A stretch of DNA of 64,000 nt from Stylophora pistillata (Eukaryota), in NCBI RefSeq assembly GCF_002571385.2, contig NW_019217785.1:838859-902858 (forward strand), given 5' to 3'. Both the position numbers and the translations under genes were made by a program. Positions within the stretch are counted from its first letter, which is position 1, and each line of letters starts with the position of its first letter. Below are positions 62,990-64,000 of this stretch, piece by piece. The notes beneath the pieces are model-generated. The model saw nothing but the letters and a program-made list of their open reading frames with translations, was not told the DNA's origin and did not search any database.

Positions 62990-63519
62990 ATGGCGGACGA
63001 GTTGGAGCAGATTGAAATAGGCTTTGAAGAAAGACTAGAAGAAATCAACAACTGGCTAAGAAAGAAAGGATACGAAAAGTATAAAGAAGCTAGAAGCCTA
63101 GCAGAGGAAGAATCACGCGAAGATCCTGAAACTGATCCTTTTAAGTCAAAGTATAAAGCCAGAAAAATCTTGTCAGATTTGAAAGCTGAATTGGTACCAT
63201 TGTTAGACGACCAAATCCCCAGCGAAAAAGCGAAGATCCTAACGGCGGCTCTTGATTACCAGATTGGACAGAACTACATTGAAACTGAAGAGCTGAGCAC
63301 GGGTGAGGAACTCATTAAAAGTTGCATCAATACTCTCGTAGAATATCGCCTGGACCAAAGAAATTCTTCGATATACTTGCATGCTTTGAACGAGCTGGGA
63401 ATTCTCTGGTCCAAAAGAGGTGACTCCGAAAAAGCATTGGGATTTCTGCAGGATGCAGAGAGGTTGTACCATAGTTACACAAAAGAAAAGGGAAGCTGCT
63501 GTCCTTATGACATCCATGA
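62990..63519 (+). CDS. KIFBP: KIF-binding protein (KIAA1279), first coding exon; gene continues beyond the window
   Basis: DPETDPFKSKYKARKIL, LDYQIGQNYIETEELSTGEE and ALNELGILWSKRG...A.GFL..AERLY. Donor GA|gtaagt at 63520. Confidence 0.92.
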
Positions 63520-64000
63520 GTAAGTTGAAAAAGGGACTCGTTTTATTATTAAGGTGGTTATTAATTCCTCTATCACTCAGCTGAAAGGTCTAATCTTTTT
63601 TATAGAAAAGGGTTATTACATATTGGTATATTTACACAGGAAGTCAGGTTTGGTCTTGTGAAAATTTCGATGATAAAAAAAAAAAACAAAAACAAAAATA
63701 GAGAGGTATACTTCAATGGTATCAGTGTACCTGAGGTAACTGAGGAAAAACAGCGAGGCTGCCATGATTTATTTGATTCCAGAATTAAAACCTGAATTTT
63801 TTCATGAGCAATTTGCAGGTAGTTACCATAACAAAAGTTCTTCAATCTTTTTATTGGAGTTGTTCAGGGTAGTACATTGAGGGTTGCCATTTCATGCCCA
63901 AATTTTAGAAAAATCTAGGTGTCACATACACTTTAACAGCCTTTTAAAAATCACTAATTTAAAAGCGAAAAATTCAAATGCCTCTTCCTGTGGGCAAAGT

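Overview
Animal (metazoan) genomic DNA with GT-AG introns, AT-rich introns/intergenic DNA and two assembly gaps (N at 3980-4818 and at 42916). The repeat families and gene content suggest a cnidarian, probably a stony coral; this is an inference, not proven from the sequence. Genes, reconstructed by hand from splice sites and reading frame: last exon of a UDP-glycosyltransferase (+), SKIV2L/SKI2 RNA helicase (-), a 3-exon FAM124-like gene with an extra N-terminal region (+), intronless ACOT11/12-like thioesterase (-), CHST-type sulfotransferase (+), an 8-exon DUF72 (YecE/YunF, mostly prokaryotic family) gene (-), GORAB (+), intronless RING-coiled-coil-NHL TRIM-like gene (-), a 13-exon bacterial-type zinc-dependent threonine dehydrogenase-like gene (-) and KIFBP exon 1 (+). 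Mobile DNA: a 1.5-kb TTAA-flanked foldback element, many hairpin MITEs, tRNA-derived SINEs, a tRNA-Thr-like 245-bp tandem repeat, and a decayed retroelement cluster at 49-56 kb (CR1/L2 fragments, an R4/Dong-like RLE element abutting (TAA)n, a Penelope fragment with a hammerhead-like motif). The most interesting candidate is the spliced DUF72 protein ending in a canonical PCNA-binding PIP box (QRIISDFF), which points to an undescribed PCNA-coupled DNA-repair factor. Next are the bacterial-type Tdh and the tRNA-containing inverted/tandem retro-repeat.
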